Source: a virus. Taken from it: a stretch of 64,000 bases of DNA. A program made the translations under genes and the position numbers. The notes beneath the pieces are model-generated. The model had not been told where the DNA came from and made no database searches. It saw only the letters and a list, made by a program, of their open reading frames with translations. Each line of letters begins with the position of its first letter. Positions within the stretch are counted from its first letter, which is position 1. The stretch lies in IMG/VR virus record IMGVR_UViG_3300045118_000377, positions 31,491 through 95,490 of that record, one strand, 5' to 3'. Below, piece after piece: positions 30,051 to 39,274 of the stretch.

Positions 30051-33000
30051 TGGCGATCTACTCCTTCGTAACCACGCTCGTCACTCCGGTCAGCGATGAA
30101 TTCGACTGCATGGACTTCAACCCGGGGTCCATCAGCCAGATCTTGTTGTTCTCCGAAGCCGAGATCAGCCGTGGGACGCCTTGGATCACGATCGACAGCG
30201 GAGAGCTGGCCATCCTGAGTGATGACGGCATCGCCAGCATCTTTCGGTACGAACTACCCATCGGACAGCAGTTCACGTTCGAGTTCCAGTTCCGGCCGGT
30301 CGCGCTTCCTACGAACCTGGACGCGCTGGACAAGAGCAGGTTCTTCGTCGCGGCGTTCGACAACCAGGACAACGCCGGAGGTCTCCTGATCTCCCAGAGC
30401 GGCCTGGCCATCGTCTCCCAGTTCGGCAACGCCGTGATGCCGATCGCCGGCAGTCAGCACATCATCGAGGAGGGGACCAGCCCCTACACCGTCCGGATGG
30501 TGGTCGACGGCGTGACCAACATCATGGATCTCTACATCACGAAGACCTCGGAGCTGACCACCCTCGGGCACCAGCTGCGGTACACGAGCGCCGCGCCAGT
30601 GAGCCCGAGCTCGGTCATCAGCTCCGTGCGCATAGAGATCGTGGGCCAGGGAGCCCACCCGGTGCATGGGCACTTCCGCTCGCTTCGGTGTGCCTGCAAT
30701 GCTCTGCGCATCCCAAACCGTCGACCGATCGCTGATACCGGCCGTGACCAGACGGCTGTGATGGGGTCCGTCATCCGCCTGGACGGGACCGAGAGCTACG
30801 ATCCCGAAGGCTCGCAGCTGACCTACAAGTGGTCACTGATCGGCACGCCCGATCAATCGGACTACGTGCAGAGGGACTCTGGCGGCTTCACGACGGACGA
30901 TGGGGACACCGATGGGTTCACCGACGTTTTCCAGCAGGCCGGAGATCCGTGGAGCGCCGCGAACTCCCCAAGCCTTCAGCCGGGAGACGTCCTGATCGTT
31001 GATGACACCCAGTACGTGGTGTCGTCCTACGGGTGGGCGTACAACACCAGCACCAGCAAATGGGATCGAAGCGTCGGGTTCGACCCCAGTCGGTTGGTGG
31101 TCACGACCGAGACCATTCCCGATGACCTGGTTGCTGTCAGCTGGTCGCTGTTCTTCCAGAGCACGTTCTTCGACAACCGCACGCTCCCACAGCCGGCGTT
31201 CGTACCGGACGTCCATGGGCTCTACACCCTGCAGTTGGTGGTGAACGACGGGTCGTTGGACAGCCTACCGGCCGAGGGCCTGGTGAACATCACCGACAGC
31301 AACGTCCCGTTCGGGGTCGTGCCGGACGTGAACTTCATCTGGGACTACCTCTCTGACGCCTGGAACCTGTACGACGATCGAGACCCAGTCACTGTCATGT
31401 GGTCGGGTTTTGCTCAGGCCGCGGCGAACTTGCTACTGACGGCCTGGCAGCACGACTACGGCAAGAGCCTGGTGGATGTCCAACGCACGTTCCAGCGCCG
31501 CTGGTTGAACTACAGCTTCTTGCTCGATGAGCCGCCGACAGAGCGCGCCGACGTCAAGCTCCACATCCTCCGAGGAGTAATCTCGTCCAAAGTAGAGGAC
31601 TCGATCACGTTCACCAGTCCCGTCTACCTCAAGATCTCAAGAAACGGCGGAGACCTGGTGCGTGTCGATCTCACGGGCACGATGACGAAGGAAGAGATCG
31701 TGGACGCCATCAACGTGGCGTTCGGCGATCAGGCGGTTGAGAACCCCATCGCGTCGCTGGCCCATAACGTCGATGGCATCCTCTATGGTGGGCCCTACGG
31801 TGCCCAATACGGCATCCTCAGCTACATCGACTCCTGGTGGCTGGTGCTGGGGAACTCTGAGCTCATCGTGGTGAGCAAGGACGGGACGGCGAACTCCTAC
31901 TTCGGTTGGGGCTCGACCTACGATACGCAGAACGAGCTCACGGGACCGAGTTGCACGACCGCGCCTCCCCGCGGATTCTCCGTGCCCGGCACCCCGGTGC
32001 TGAGCTTCATGGATGAGGGCGTGCTGCACGGGGACCTCCTGGTCCTGGGCGAGGTCGGGGAGAAGGGGACAGGCTACCAGGTCAGCAAGGCCGTTCGACA
32101 TCAGGCGCTCACCACGATCTCCGACATCAAGAACTGGACGGGGAACTGGTGGGTGCCATCGACCGTGACCTCAACGTACACGGACTTCACCAGGCAGTTG
32201 GTGGAGACCGGTGACATCGCGCGGTTCGATGTCCGTGTGCCTGGAGCCCCGGACTCGGTCGAGATCCTGTGTGAAGTCCGGGGAGTTGACGGCAAGGTGC
32301 TGGGATTCGACGCCCGCCCGTTGCTCGAGGCCACGGCCGGAAACGTAGAAGACTACGAGATCACTTTCATGGGCGTGAGGCGCGTGTCCAACATCCCGGT
32401 CGACGCGCTCGTGGTGAGGATCCCGCGACTGCAAGAGATCATTCTGGACCCGACCGTGTGGTGGGACCAGAACTCTGACTACGTGCTGGAGGTCGATGCC
32501 AACGGCGTGAACGGCATTCGGTTCAAGGACGTCTTCAGCTTCTCCTCTCCGCCGCCAGACACCGTCTGGGCGGAGGTGACGTTCCTCGACAACCGTCCCA
32601 CGATCGAGAACAACTTCGGGAAGGCGGTCAACTTCAAGGTCGAAGACCTGACCACGCGCACTGACGATCTCGACTACCTGTCTGCCGTCCGCGGGCTGTG
32701 GTATGCCTACTTCAACGGCCCGTCGCTGTGGAACGTGCGGATCGGAGTCCAGATCCTTCTCGGCCTGCCGTTCGCGGAGGTCGACGGCATCATCACCGAC
32801 ATCAACCACACCTTCAACGCCGCCCAGGCGCGGATGGTGGTTCAGGACAAGGCCGACCCCGCTGTCTACCGCACGTACTTCATCCCACGAGATGTGGTCT
32901 GGGAGGGGGACGGGGAGACCATGATCGGGACGAACCCCGACACGGGAGAGGACTACAAGGTCGGAGACACGGTCCTGCAATTCAACCCGTTGTCGAAGGG

Positions 33001-33640
33001 CGTGGAGATCCACGACTGGATCAAGACGCCCGAGTGGTGGAAGGGGTACTGCGGACAGGGAGAGTTCCTGGAGGTGCGCAAGTTCTTCACGTTCCTGATG
33101 ATCGCGGACATCGACGTGTTCAACATCGCGAATCTGGTGTTCGCGATGGACTTGGTGAAGACGCTCAAGCCCCACTACACGTTCCCGATGTTCGTGGTCC
33201 TGAAGCGCCTGCCGCCGGACTACATCGAGGTCACGGACGACATCGCCTTCCGTGGGATCTTGCACCTGTTCGACGATCCTGCATCGCAGGGAGCGCGCGG
33301 GACCGGCGGCAGCTTCCGACACGACGACACCGACGAGTCCGGCAACCACAACTGGGCATACGACGGCGGGGCCGTTGGCGTGTCGAAGCCCGCGTACCTC
33401 TACGACGTGCGACGTCTGTTCCCAGAGATGTACAAGATCGGAATCATGCGAACGCTGTTCGCGGGAGGGTATCTCCCGTTCGATTGGATCTGGGCCTACG
33501 ACGATGGCGGTGGGGCCGATCCCATCCCATTGTCCGGCCCCGACAGCAGCCCTCCACCACCGTACGGCCCGGCTGTCGGAGTCATCCAGTGGGATTCAAC
33601 GTACCCCGCAGGCAAGTACACGAGGGCGAAAGTTCTCTAG
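30050..33640 (+). CDS. Large baseplate/tail protein with PKD domain
   Basis: PIADTGRDQ...IRLDGTESYDPEGSQLTYKWS...GLYTLQLVVNDG; C-terminal YLSAVRGLWYAYFNGPS wedge-like region. Confidence 0.65.
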   Translation: MAIYSFVTTLVTPVSDEFDCMDFNPGSISQILLFSEAEISRGTPWITIDSGELAILSDDGIASIFRYELPIGQQFTFEFQFRPVALPTNLDALDKSRFFVAAFDNQDNAGGLLISQSGLAIVSQFGNAVMPIAGSQHIIEEGTSPYTVRMVVDGVTNIMDLYITKTSELTTLGHQLRYTSAAPVSPSSVISSVRIEIVGQGAHPVHGHFRSLRCACNALRIPNRRPIADTGRDQTAVMGSVIRLDGTESYDPEGSQLTYKWSLIGTPDQSDYVQRDSGGFTTDDGDTDGFTDVFQQAGDPWSAANSPSLQPGDVLIVDDTQYVVSSYGWAYNTSTSKWDRSVGFDPSRLVVTTETIPDDLVAVSWSLFFQSTFFDNRTLPQPAFVPDVHGLYTLQLVVNDGSLDSLPAEGLVNITDSNVPFGVVPDVNFIWDYLSDAWNLYDDRDPVTVMWSGFAQAAANLLLTAWQHDYGKSLVDVQRTFQRRWLNYSFLLDEPPTERADVKLHILRGVISSKVEDSITFTSPVYLKISRNGGDLVRVDLTGTMTKEEIVDAINVAFGDQAVENPIASLAHNVDGILYGGPYGAQYGILSYIDSWWLVLGNSELIVVSKDGTANSYFGWGSTYDTQNELTGPSCTTAPPRGFSVPGTPVLSFMDEGVLHGDLLVLGEVGEKGTGYQVSKAVRHQALTTISDIKNWTGNWWVPSTVTSTYTDFTRQLVETGDIARFDVRVPGAPDSVEILCEVRGVDGKVLGFDARPLLEATAGNVEDYEITFMGVRRVSNIPVDALVVRIPRLQEIILDPTVWWDQNSDYVLEVDANGVNGIRFKDVFSFSSPPPDTVWAEVTFLDNRPTIENNFGKAVNFKVEDLTTRTDDLDYLSAVRGLWYAYFNGPSLWNVRIGVQILLGLPFAEVDGIITDINHTFNAAQARMVVQDKADPAVYRTYFIPRDVVWEGDGETMIGTNPDTGEDYKVGDTVLQFNPLSKGVEIHDWIKTPEWWKGYCGQGEFLEVRKFFTFLMIADIDVFNIANLVFAMDLVKTLKPHYTFPMFVVLKRLPPDYIEVTDDIAFRGILHLFDDPASQGARGTGGSFRHDDTDESGNHNWAYDGGAVGVSKPAYLYDVRRLFPEMYKIGIMRTLFAGGYLPFDWIWAYDDGGGADPIPLSGPDSSPPPPYGPAVGVIQWDSTYPAGKYTRAKVL

Positions 33641-33669
33641 TTGATTCGGACAGCTAGAGATCTTAGAAT
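33641..33669 (+). promoter_or_regulatory. Sigma70-like promoter
   Basis: TTGATT-N17-TAGAAT in the intergenic gap, followed by a GGAG RBS. Confidence 0.5.
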
Positions 33670-33686
33670 CGTGGTCGGAGAACGAT

Positions 33687-34391
33687 ATGGAACTCATTGA
33701 TCGCCCGTTGGTCGGCAAAGGGGGGCTGCTGATTCCAGCCAACATCTCGATCGTTGTTCGGGAGCGCGGCAAGCGCATCCCACAGCACTGTCGAGAAGAT
33801 CACAACATCTGGGTGGACCTCGGGCGTGAGTACCTGGCTCGTGTCATCGCCCCCAAGGCCGGGTTCGCCGACCACTACGCGGAACCACCTCGCGAGTTCG
33901 TCCAGTTCATGGGTGTCGGCATCGGCGGCGAGAGCCAGTACCATCCGATGGCCTACACCACGCCGTTGTCCACCGACTATCCACCAGCGACCGGCTCTTC
34001 GCCGGGTGGGTGGGGAAACAAGCAGTCGGACGAGGACCTGACCGTCACGACGCTCGAGCGGCCGGTCAAGATCAACCCGACTTCTCCCATCTGGTTGGAC
34101 AACGTCGTCACTCCCGTCACCTTCCTCAACAGCAACAGGACCGTCCGGTTCGATCACCTCTTCGATGAGACCGTGATCAACAGCGTCGGGCCCTACACGG
34201 TCGTGCCGTTGTCGGAGATCGGTTTGTTCTTGTGTACCAGGGACAAGAACGCAAGCAACGTCTACGATCTCTCGAATCCGCCGTCGATGGTTGGGGCGGG
34301 CAGGCAGACGTTGCTGGCCTACAACACGTTCGAGGCGATTCCGAAGACCGTCAGCTTCTCTCTTGAGGTCCGCTGGGAACTCAGGTTCTAG
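33687..34391 (+). CDS. Tail fibre attachment/collar-like protein
   Basis: HNIWVDLGREYLA...MGVGIGG...LSEIGLF...AYNTF..IPKT...LEVRWELRF, a typical myophage fibre-adaptor pattern. Confidence 0.6.
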   Translation: MELIDRPLVGKGGLLIPANISIVVRERGKRIPQHCREDHNIWVDLGREYLARVIAPKAGFADHYAEPPREFVQFMGVGIGGESQYHPMAYTTPLSTDYPPATGSSPGGWGNKQSDEDLTVTTLERPVKINPTSPIWLDNVVTPVTFLNSNRTVRFDHLFDETVINSVGPYTVVPLSEIGLFLCTRDKNASNVYDLSNPPSMVGAGRQTLLAYNTFEAIPKTVSFSLEVRWELRF

Positions 34392-34400
34392 GAGATCACG

Positions 34401-37400
34401 ATGTCCAATCTTCCGCATGGTCTTGGTAGCAGCGTCGCTGGCCAGCTCTTCTACCCCGGCCCGCCAAACGTCACCGCCTACGACGTAGCAGGAGCTCACG
34501 GCAGTCGCGCGGTCGAGTTCGGCGAGGATGGGACGTCGGCAGCTACCAACCGCCTGGGCTACGCACTGGCAAAGAACGACGAGTACCAGCAGGCCCGTCT
34601 GGAAGCGCCGATGGCCAGGCCGACCTCTGTCAGCTGGACGCCCTCCGGCGGAAGTGGGAGCAGCTACACTTTCAGCGGCGTCAACCTCTTCGTGGGCGAT
34701 GCCACCTATCTGCCCGAGACTCAAGATGTGAGAGACAGCCTGATCTGCGTTCTGGACTCCAACTACAACGAGCTGCTGGACACCTACGGCAACCGTGTGT
34801 GCGTGAAGTCGATCAAGAACGCGGGTGAGACCTCTACCATCGTCGGTGATCAACCTGGCAGCGGCGGTGACGGCAACGGATTCTACAGCGGAGGCGCTGT
34901 CATCCGTTTCAAGAGCGTCAACCCCGTGAATGGCAGCGAGTACCTGCCCACGGTCGACATCCCCGACGGCACGAACGTCATCCTCGTCTTCGGGATAGCA
35001 GGCACGCTCGACACGCTGGCCACCGTCGGCAGCGAGTACATGATGCGAGATGCTCTCGTCCGGGGCACGATCCGCTCTGCTACCCACATCCCGGCAGCTG
35101 CCTTCCTGCGTGATGGCAGTCGTCCGATGCTCGGCAATATCAACATGGGCATCTATGAGGTGATCAACTGTGCTGGTATCAGGGGATCTGGTGGATCGCC
35201 TTTCAATATCAGGAACACCGACGGTGTTGGAAATCGCATCGTTTTCAGTGACGTGAATGTCTCGTCCGTCTCGTTGTCCATCACGGACGACACCGGTCCA
35301 TACACTCCAGGCGGTTTCCATGCCTCAGTTCTTGGTGTGCTGAACTCCAGTGCCCGGCTGAATGAGAAACTGCACGGTAATCGTGTGATCAGCAAAGGTG
35401 GGGTCCTGGATTGGCAGACTGGGTACCTGAACGTCCCGGATATGGTCGTGGCTTTGAATGGTGAGGCCGTGGATGTCGCGGCCCAGCGTTTCCCGCTCGT
35501 CGGGACCGTGTCCTCAAACGTCACTCGCTATCTGGTCTTGGATAGCACCGGAACCTTGGATGAGCGCGTTTCCGTCTCAGCCACTGACGCAATCATAGCC
35601 TACTACCGTTGGAACGGTGCCACGTGGGATACAAAGGTCGACTCCAGGTGGACGTTCAACGGCACGACTGCCTCGTTCGAAGTCACTGTTGGCCCTTCGA
35701 CCTATCACGGGGCAGATTTTACAAGCTTGCAGGAAGCGTGCGATTTCGTGGCGTCCATCGCGAGCGACAAGCCCGAGGGCCGATGGACTATCAGGATCTG
35801 TGGAGAAGTGGAGCTCACTGATACCCTCGATCTCTCTGCTTATTCCACCTTGGTTCATCTGACTATTGCCGGGGACAATCCACGGGCCTCAGTCGTCAAG
35901 ACCAACTCGACGTTCGCGGCGGCAAAACATCTGATCAAGATCAACGGTACAGGACCCAGTGGTGACGCTAACCGTGTGGACTTCAAGGACCTAACGTTCA
36001 AATGGGCCAATACCTCAACCAATCAGGCCGCAGGATATGGCGCAGTCTACAATCCGGGGCTGAATACCGTAATTCAGAACTGCTTGTTCTTGGGCAATAG
36101 CACTTATGGTTTTCAGAACGCCATTTACTATCCCGCTTCCAGCACTCCAACCCCCGAAGGCCTGCTCATCAAAGGCTGCTACTTCAGCTTGATCAAGCGC
36201 TCGATTGTAGATGCTAACGGTCTGGCGTCGCGCGTGATGGTAGAGGATTGCCTGGCCGAGAACTGCAGCTCAACCCAGTTTGCGTTCCTTCTCACCACCA
36301 GTGGCAACAAGGTTGTTCGAACGATCGTGAGAGGTGATGTCACCAACTACTTCTACGCTGGTGTGAGGATCGGTCATCTGGGTGAGGTGAGGGGGTGCAG
36401 GTTCTACAACGCTGGCGGGACCTCGGTCACGGTTAACAATCCCAATACTGGGACGGTAAAGGTCGACATCGAGGGCAACTTCTTCCAGCTCGTTGGCGGC
36501 AGCGCGTTGCTGGTGTCCAACACCACGGGCCAGAATTGCCACATAGGTTTTCGGAACAACACGGTCTCGGCCGGTGACTACGGGGTCTATATCAACAACG
36601 GCAGTCTCAATACCGGCATGATCTCGATCACTGGCAACCGTTTCGACGGACAGGCTAGCAAAGCGATCTACGGTGTTGACTACGCGCGTGAGATCCACAT
36701 TCAGGGCAACCACTTCCTCAACCAGCAGGGCGACCTCATTCACTTGGTGGACAACTATTCTGCTTGGATCGAGGACAATCGCTTCGCTGGCTTCGGCGCG
36801 CTGGCAACGAACTTCGGAATCAAGCTCGACGGGACATCCCCGTGCAAGGCTACGGTCACCAACAATCTCTTCACGGCAGTCAGCGAGTCAGGCCCCATCG
36901 AGACGGCATTGATCGTCAACGGGACGGCGAAGGTGAAGGTGGACGGCAATCGGTTCTTGGTCGAGGGCGCGTATGTCCTCAACTACTTCATCCAGACTGA
37001 TGCAGAAGATCTCCAGATCCTGGACAACTACTTTGATGGCAACAACAAGCCCACGCGGTTCATCTTGGCCAACAGATCGACTCTTGGGCACGGGCTGGTA
37101 GTCAGGGGCAATCAATTCCTAAACGCCAAGACTCAGACGATCACGGCAGCCGTGTATGGTTATGCCGGCTCCATTATCGAGGGCAACACGTTCAGGGACG
37201 GGGACAACACTGCCTTGCTCTTGAATTCTGCCGGTACCGGCCCGGTCTCGGGCTCGATCGTGCGCGGAAACGCATTCATCAACATCACCGGTTACCGTGG
37301 GGTTGGGTCGAACGCCTATGTCACGGACATCGGCAGTGACACGCTATCTTCTGGCATCTTGATCGATGGCAACAACTTCCAGGACTGTGGTACCACACAG

Positions 37401-38060
37401 GATGTCTACGGTTTTGGGATCTTTGCCCGTGGTAACGGTACCATCCGCGGGAATTCCTTCACCAATTTCAAGGGCTATGCCGCAGATCCATCTACTAGCA
37501 CGGCGATCTGTATCTCAGTCAGTACCAACGGCAAGTATCTGGTGGAAGGCAACAAGTTCTTTCAGGAAGTCAATTCCGTCATGGCCAGGCAGATGTATGT
37601 GATCAATATCGAGGAGACTGGCTGTACGGTGCAGGGGAATCATTGCGTTTTGACAGGCACATTGGCGGGCTGGACCAATGGCGTCTTCCGATTCATTCGC
37701 TCCATCGGTAAGATCTACACCACCGTCATGCACAATGTCGTTCTGCACCAGGTGGGTAGCATGGCTGGGACCGGGGTCGATCTCAAGGCTATCGAGGTCA
37801 CTGGTGCATACTGCATGGTGTGTTTGAACAACACGCAGAGATATAACGTCGTTGCCAATGGTGATGGTTCGGTGGTGATGGGGAACTTGGTCCTAGACGC
37901 CAATCTGGATCCATCGGGCAGTCATTCGATCGTGTCTGGGAACTCTATTCCGAACGGTACATTCACCCTCAATAGCACGGCGCACCCAGTGCAAGGTACA
38001 CAATATCAGAGCAGCTCCAAATATCCGGGGCTCGATGCCAACCATTACAGTGGAGAGTAG
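34401..38060 (+). CDS. Tailspike / receptor-binding protein with right-handed parallel beta-helix
   Basis: ADFTSLQEA entry motif followed by many I.GN.F / I.DN.F repeats (Asn ladder). Confidence 0.8.
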   Translation: MSNLPHGLGSSVAGQLFYPGPPNVTAYDVAGAHGSRAVEFGEDGTSAATNRLGYALAKNDEYQQARLEAPMARPTSVSWTPSGGSGSSYTFSGVNLFVGDATYLPETQDVRDSLICVLDSNYNELLDTYGNRVCVKSIKNAGETSTIVGDQPGSGGDGNGFYSGGAVIRFKSVNPVNGSEYLPTVDIPDGTNVILVFGIAGTLDTLATVGSEYMMRDALVRGTIRSATHIPAAAFLRDGSRPMLGNINMGIYEVINCAGIRGSGGSPFNIRNTDGVGNRIVFSDVNVSSVSLSITDDTGPYTPGGFHASVLGVLNSSARLNEKLHGNRVISKGGVLDWQTGYLNVPDMVVALNGEAVDVAAQRFPLVGTVSSNVTRYLVLDSTGTLDERVSVSATDAIIAYYRWNGATWDTKVDSRWTFNGTTASFEVTVGPSTYHGADFTSLQEACDFVASIASDKPEGRWTIRICGEVELTDTLDLSAYSTLVHLTIAGDNPRASVVKTNSTFAAAKHLIKINGTGPSGDANRVDFKDLTFKWANTSTNQAAGYGAVYNPGLNTVIQNCLFLGNSTYGFQNAIYYPASSTPTPEGLLIKGCYFSLIKRSIVDANGLASRVMVEDCLAENCSSTQFAFLLTTSGNKVVRTIVRGDVTNYFYAGVRIGHLGEVRGCRFYNAGGTSVTVNNPNTGTVKVDIEGNFFQLVGGSALLVSNTTGQNCHIGFRNNTVSAGDYGVYINNGSLNTGMISITGNRFDGQASKAIYGVDYAREIHIQGNHFLNQQGDLIHLVDNYSAWIEDNRFAGFGALATNFGIKLDGTSPCKATVTNNLFTAVSESGPIETALIVNGTAKVKVDGNRFLVEGAYVLNYFIQTDAEDLQILDNYFDGNNKPTRFILANRSTLGHGLVVRGNQFLNAKTQTITAAVYGYAGSIIEGNTFRDGDNTALLLNSAGTGPVSGSIVRGNAFINITGYRGVGSNAYVTDIGSDTLSSGILIDGNNFQDCGTTQDVYGFGIFARGNGTIRGNSFTNFKGYAADPSTSTAICISVSTNGKYLVEGNKFFQEVNSVMARQMYVINIEETGCTVQGNHCVLTGTLAGWTNGVFRFIRSIGKIYTTVMHNVVLHQVGSMAGTGVDLKAIEVTGAYCMVCLNNTQRYNVVANGDGSVVMGNLVLDANLDPSGSHSIVSGNSIPNGTFTLNSTAHPVQGTQYQSSSKYPGLDANHYSGE

Positions 38061-38063
38061 CAG

Positions 38064-38432
38064 ATGGAACAGTTGGACAAGCTCACGGACGTGTTCTTCA
38101 ACTGGCAGGTACTACTGATCTCCTTCGTGTCGTTCGCGGTCGTGAGCGTCATCAGACAGATCGGCACGAAGAAGGACAAGGACAAGAACGTCGTTGGCGG
38201 TTGGGCTGAGAACAAGTACTTCAAGATCATCCTGCCGATATTGCCCTACGGTATCACCCTCGGCCTGGTCTTCATTCCAGGCGTGCCGTTGCCGGAGACC
38301 GTGGTGAAAGCCGCGCCTAAGTTGCTGGCGGTCAAGATCCTCTACGGTATCTACGCCGGATGGCTGTCCGACAAGAGCTATCAGGTGGTGAAGAAGGTGC
38401 TCGAGAAGTTCGGGGTGATCTCGGAGGGCTGA
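38064..38432 (+). CDS. Holin-like membrane protein (about 3 TM helices)
   Basis: Three hydrophobic segments with basic loops, directly after the tailspike. Confidence 0.55.
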   Translation: MEQLDKLTDVFFNWQVLLISFVSFAVVSVIRQIGTKKDKDKNVVGGWAENKYFKIILPILPYGITLGLVFIPGVPLPETVVKAAPKLLAVKILYGIYAGWLSDKSYQVVKKVLEKFGVISEG

Positions 38433-38433
38433 G

Positions 38434-38481
38434 ATGCTCGATCGTGGTATGCTCGACGCTTTCTGGGATGAGATGCAATGA
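38434..38481 (+). CDS. 15-aa mini-ORF MLDRGMLDAFWDEMQ (not in ORF track)
   Basis: GGAGG RBS; fills the gap between TGA38432 and ATG38478 (ATGA overlap); AFWDEM is identical to the motif at 42913-42930. Confidence 0.5.
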   Translation: MLDRGMLDAFWDEMQ

Positions 38482-38801
38482 CCAGGGTGTGGGAGTGGCT
38501 CAAGATCTACTGGAAGTGGCTCATCCTGCCGTTGTGGGCGGCTTCCATCGTCCTGGTCTGGCTGTTCACCCGCGGCGGGGTGTTGAAGAAACCACCCGTG
38601 AGCGGTACGACAGACCAGGCGGCCAACAACGCGGTCAACGGTGTCATCAACGCGTCCGAGAACAAGGACCAGGCCATCGCCAAGCTCGAGACCCAGTACC
38701 AGGACAAGCTCAACAAGATGTCCGAGGCACAGCGGGCCGAGTGGGAGCAACAGAAGGCCAAGCCCATCGAAGAGGTTGCCTCGTGGATCGATCGGTTCTG
38801 A
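38478..38801 (+). CDS. Membrane-anchored coiled-coil protein (i-spanin-like)
   Basis: N-terminal TM helix followed by a coiled coil; adjacent to the holin-like gene. Confidence 0.5.
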   Translation: MTRVWEWLKIYWKWLILPLWAASIVLVWLFTRGGVLKKPPVSGTTDQAANNAVNGVINASENKDQAIAKLETQYQDKLNKMSEAQRAEWEQQKAKPIEEVASWIDRF

Positions 38802-39274
38802 TCAAGGAAGCGACCTACCGCGCCTTCATCGACGAGCTGGAGAAGATAGCCAGCTCGATGTCGGACGAGGAGTGGGAGAAGCTTGCGCGCATCTTCGAGC
38901 GCATGGGCCTCGGCATGAAGCGCAAGGTTGTGCCGGCGCTCAAGCGCGGCTACGAGAGCGCGCAGGTCGGGGCCGGTCAGTTCATGAGCGGCCACCACGG
39001 TCACCTCTTGGGTGAGGCCGCGCAAGAAGGTCTCCAGCACGGCGGCATGTGGCACTCCATTGACCCCTCCCACGCCCTGACTGGAGGAGCCGAAGGAGCC
39101 GCAGCGATGCTGGCCCCGGCCGCGGCCGCCGCCGCCGTGAAGGGCATCAGGAAGGCCGCGCCTATCGTGAAAGAGAAGGCGACGCGAGTGGGTGGCTATC
39201 TGAGGAGTGCGTTCGGCGGCGGTGGCCCTCCCAGCGTTCCGCCCGTCTTCGCCCCGTCGTTCGTCGGACCATGA
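38783..39274 (+). CDS. KxA-tagged small Gly/Ala-rich protein
   Basis: GTG38783 after GAGG; begins IKEATYRAFIDELEKIAS; has an Ala/Gly hydrophobic stretch. Confidence 0.6.
   Translation: MDRSVLIKEATYRAFIDELEKIASSMSDEEWEKLARIFERMGLGMKRKVVPALKRGYESAQVGAGQFMSGHHGHLLGEAAQEGLQHGGMWHSIDPSHALTGGAEGAAAMLAPAAAAAAVKGIRKAAPIVKEKATRVGGYLRSAFGGGGPPSVPPVFAPSFVGP

Noticed and set aside
21404-38060. Diversity-generating retroelement or invertible tail-fibre cassette
   Set aside because: No reverse transcriptase, invertase or near-identical TR/VR pair was seen; the repeats are diverged protein-level duplications.
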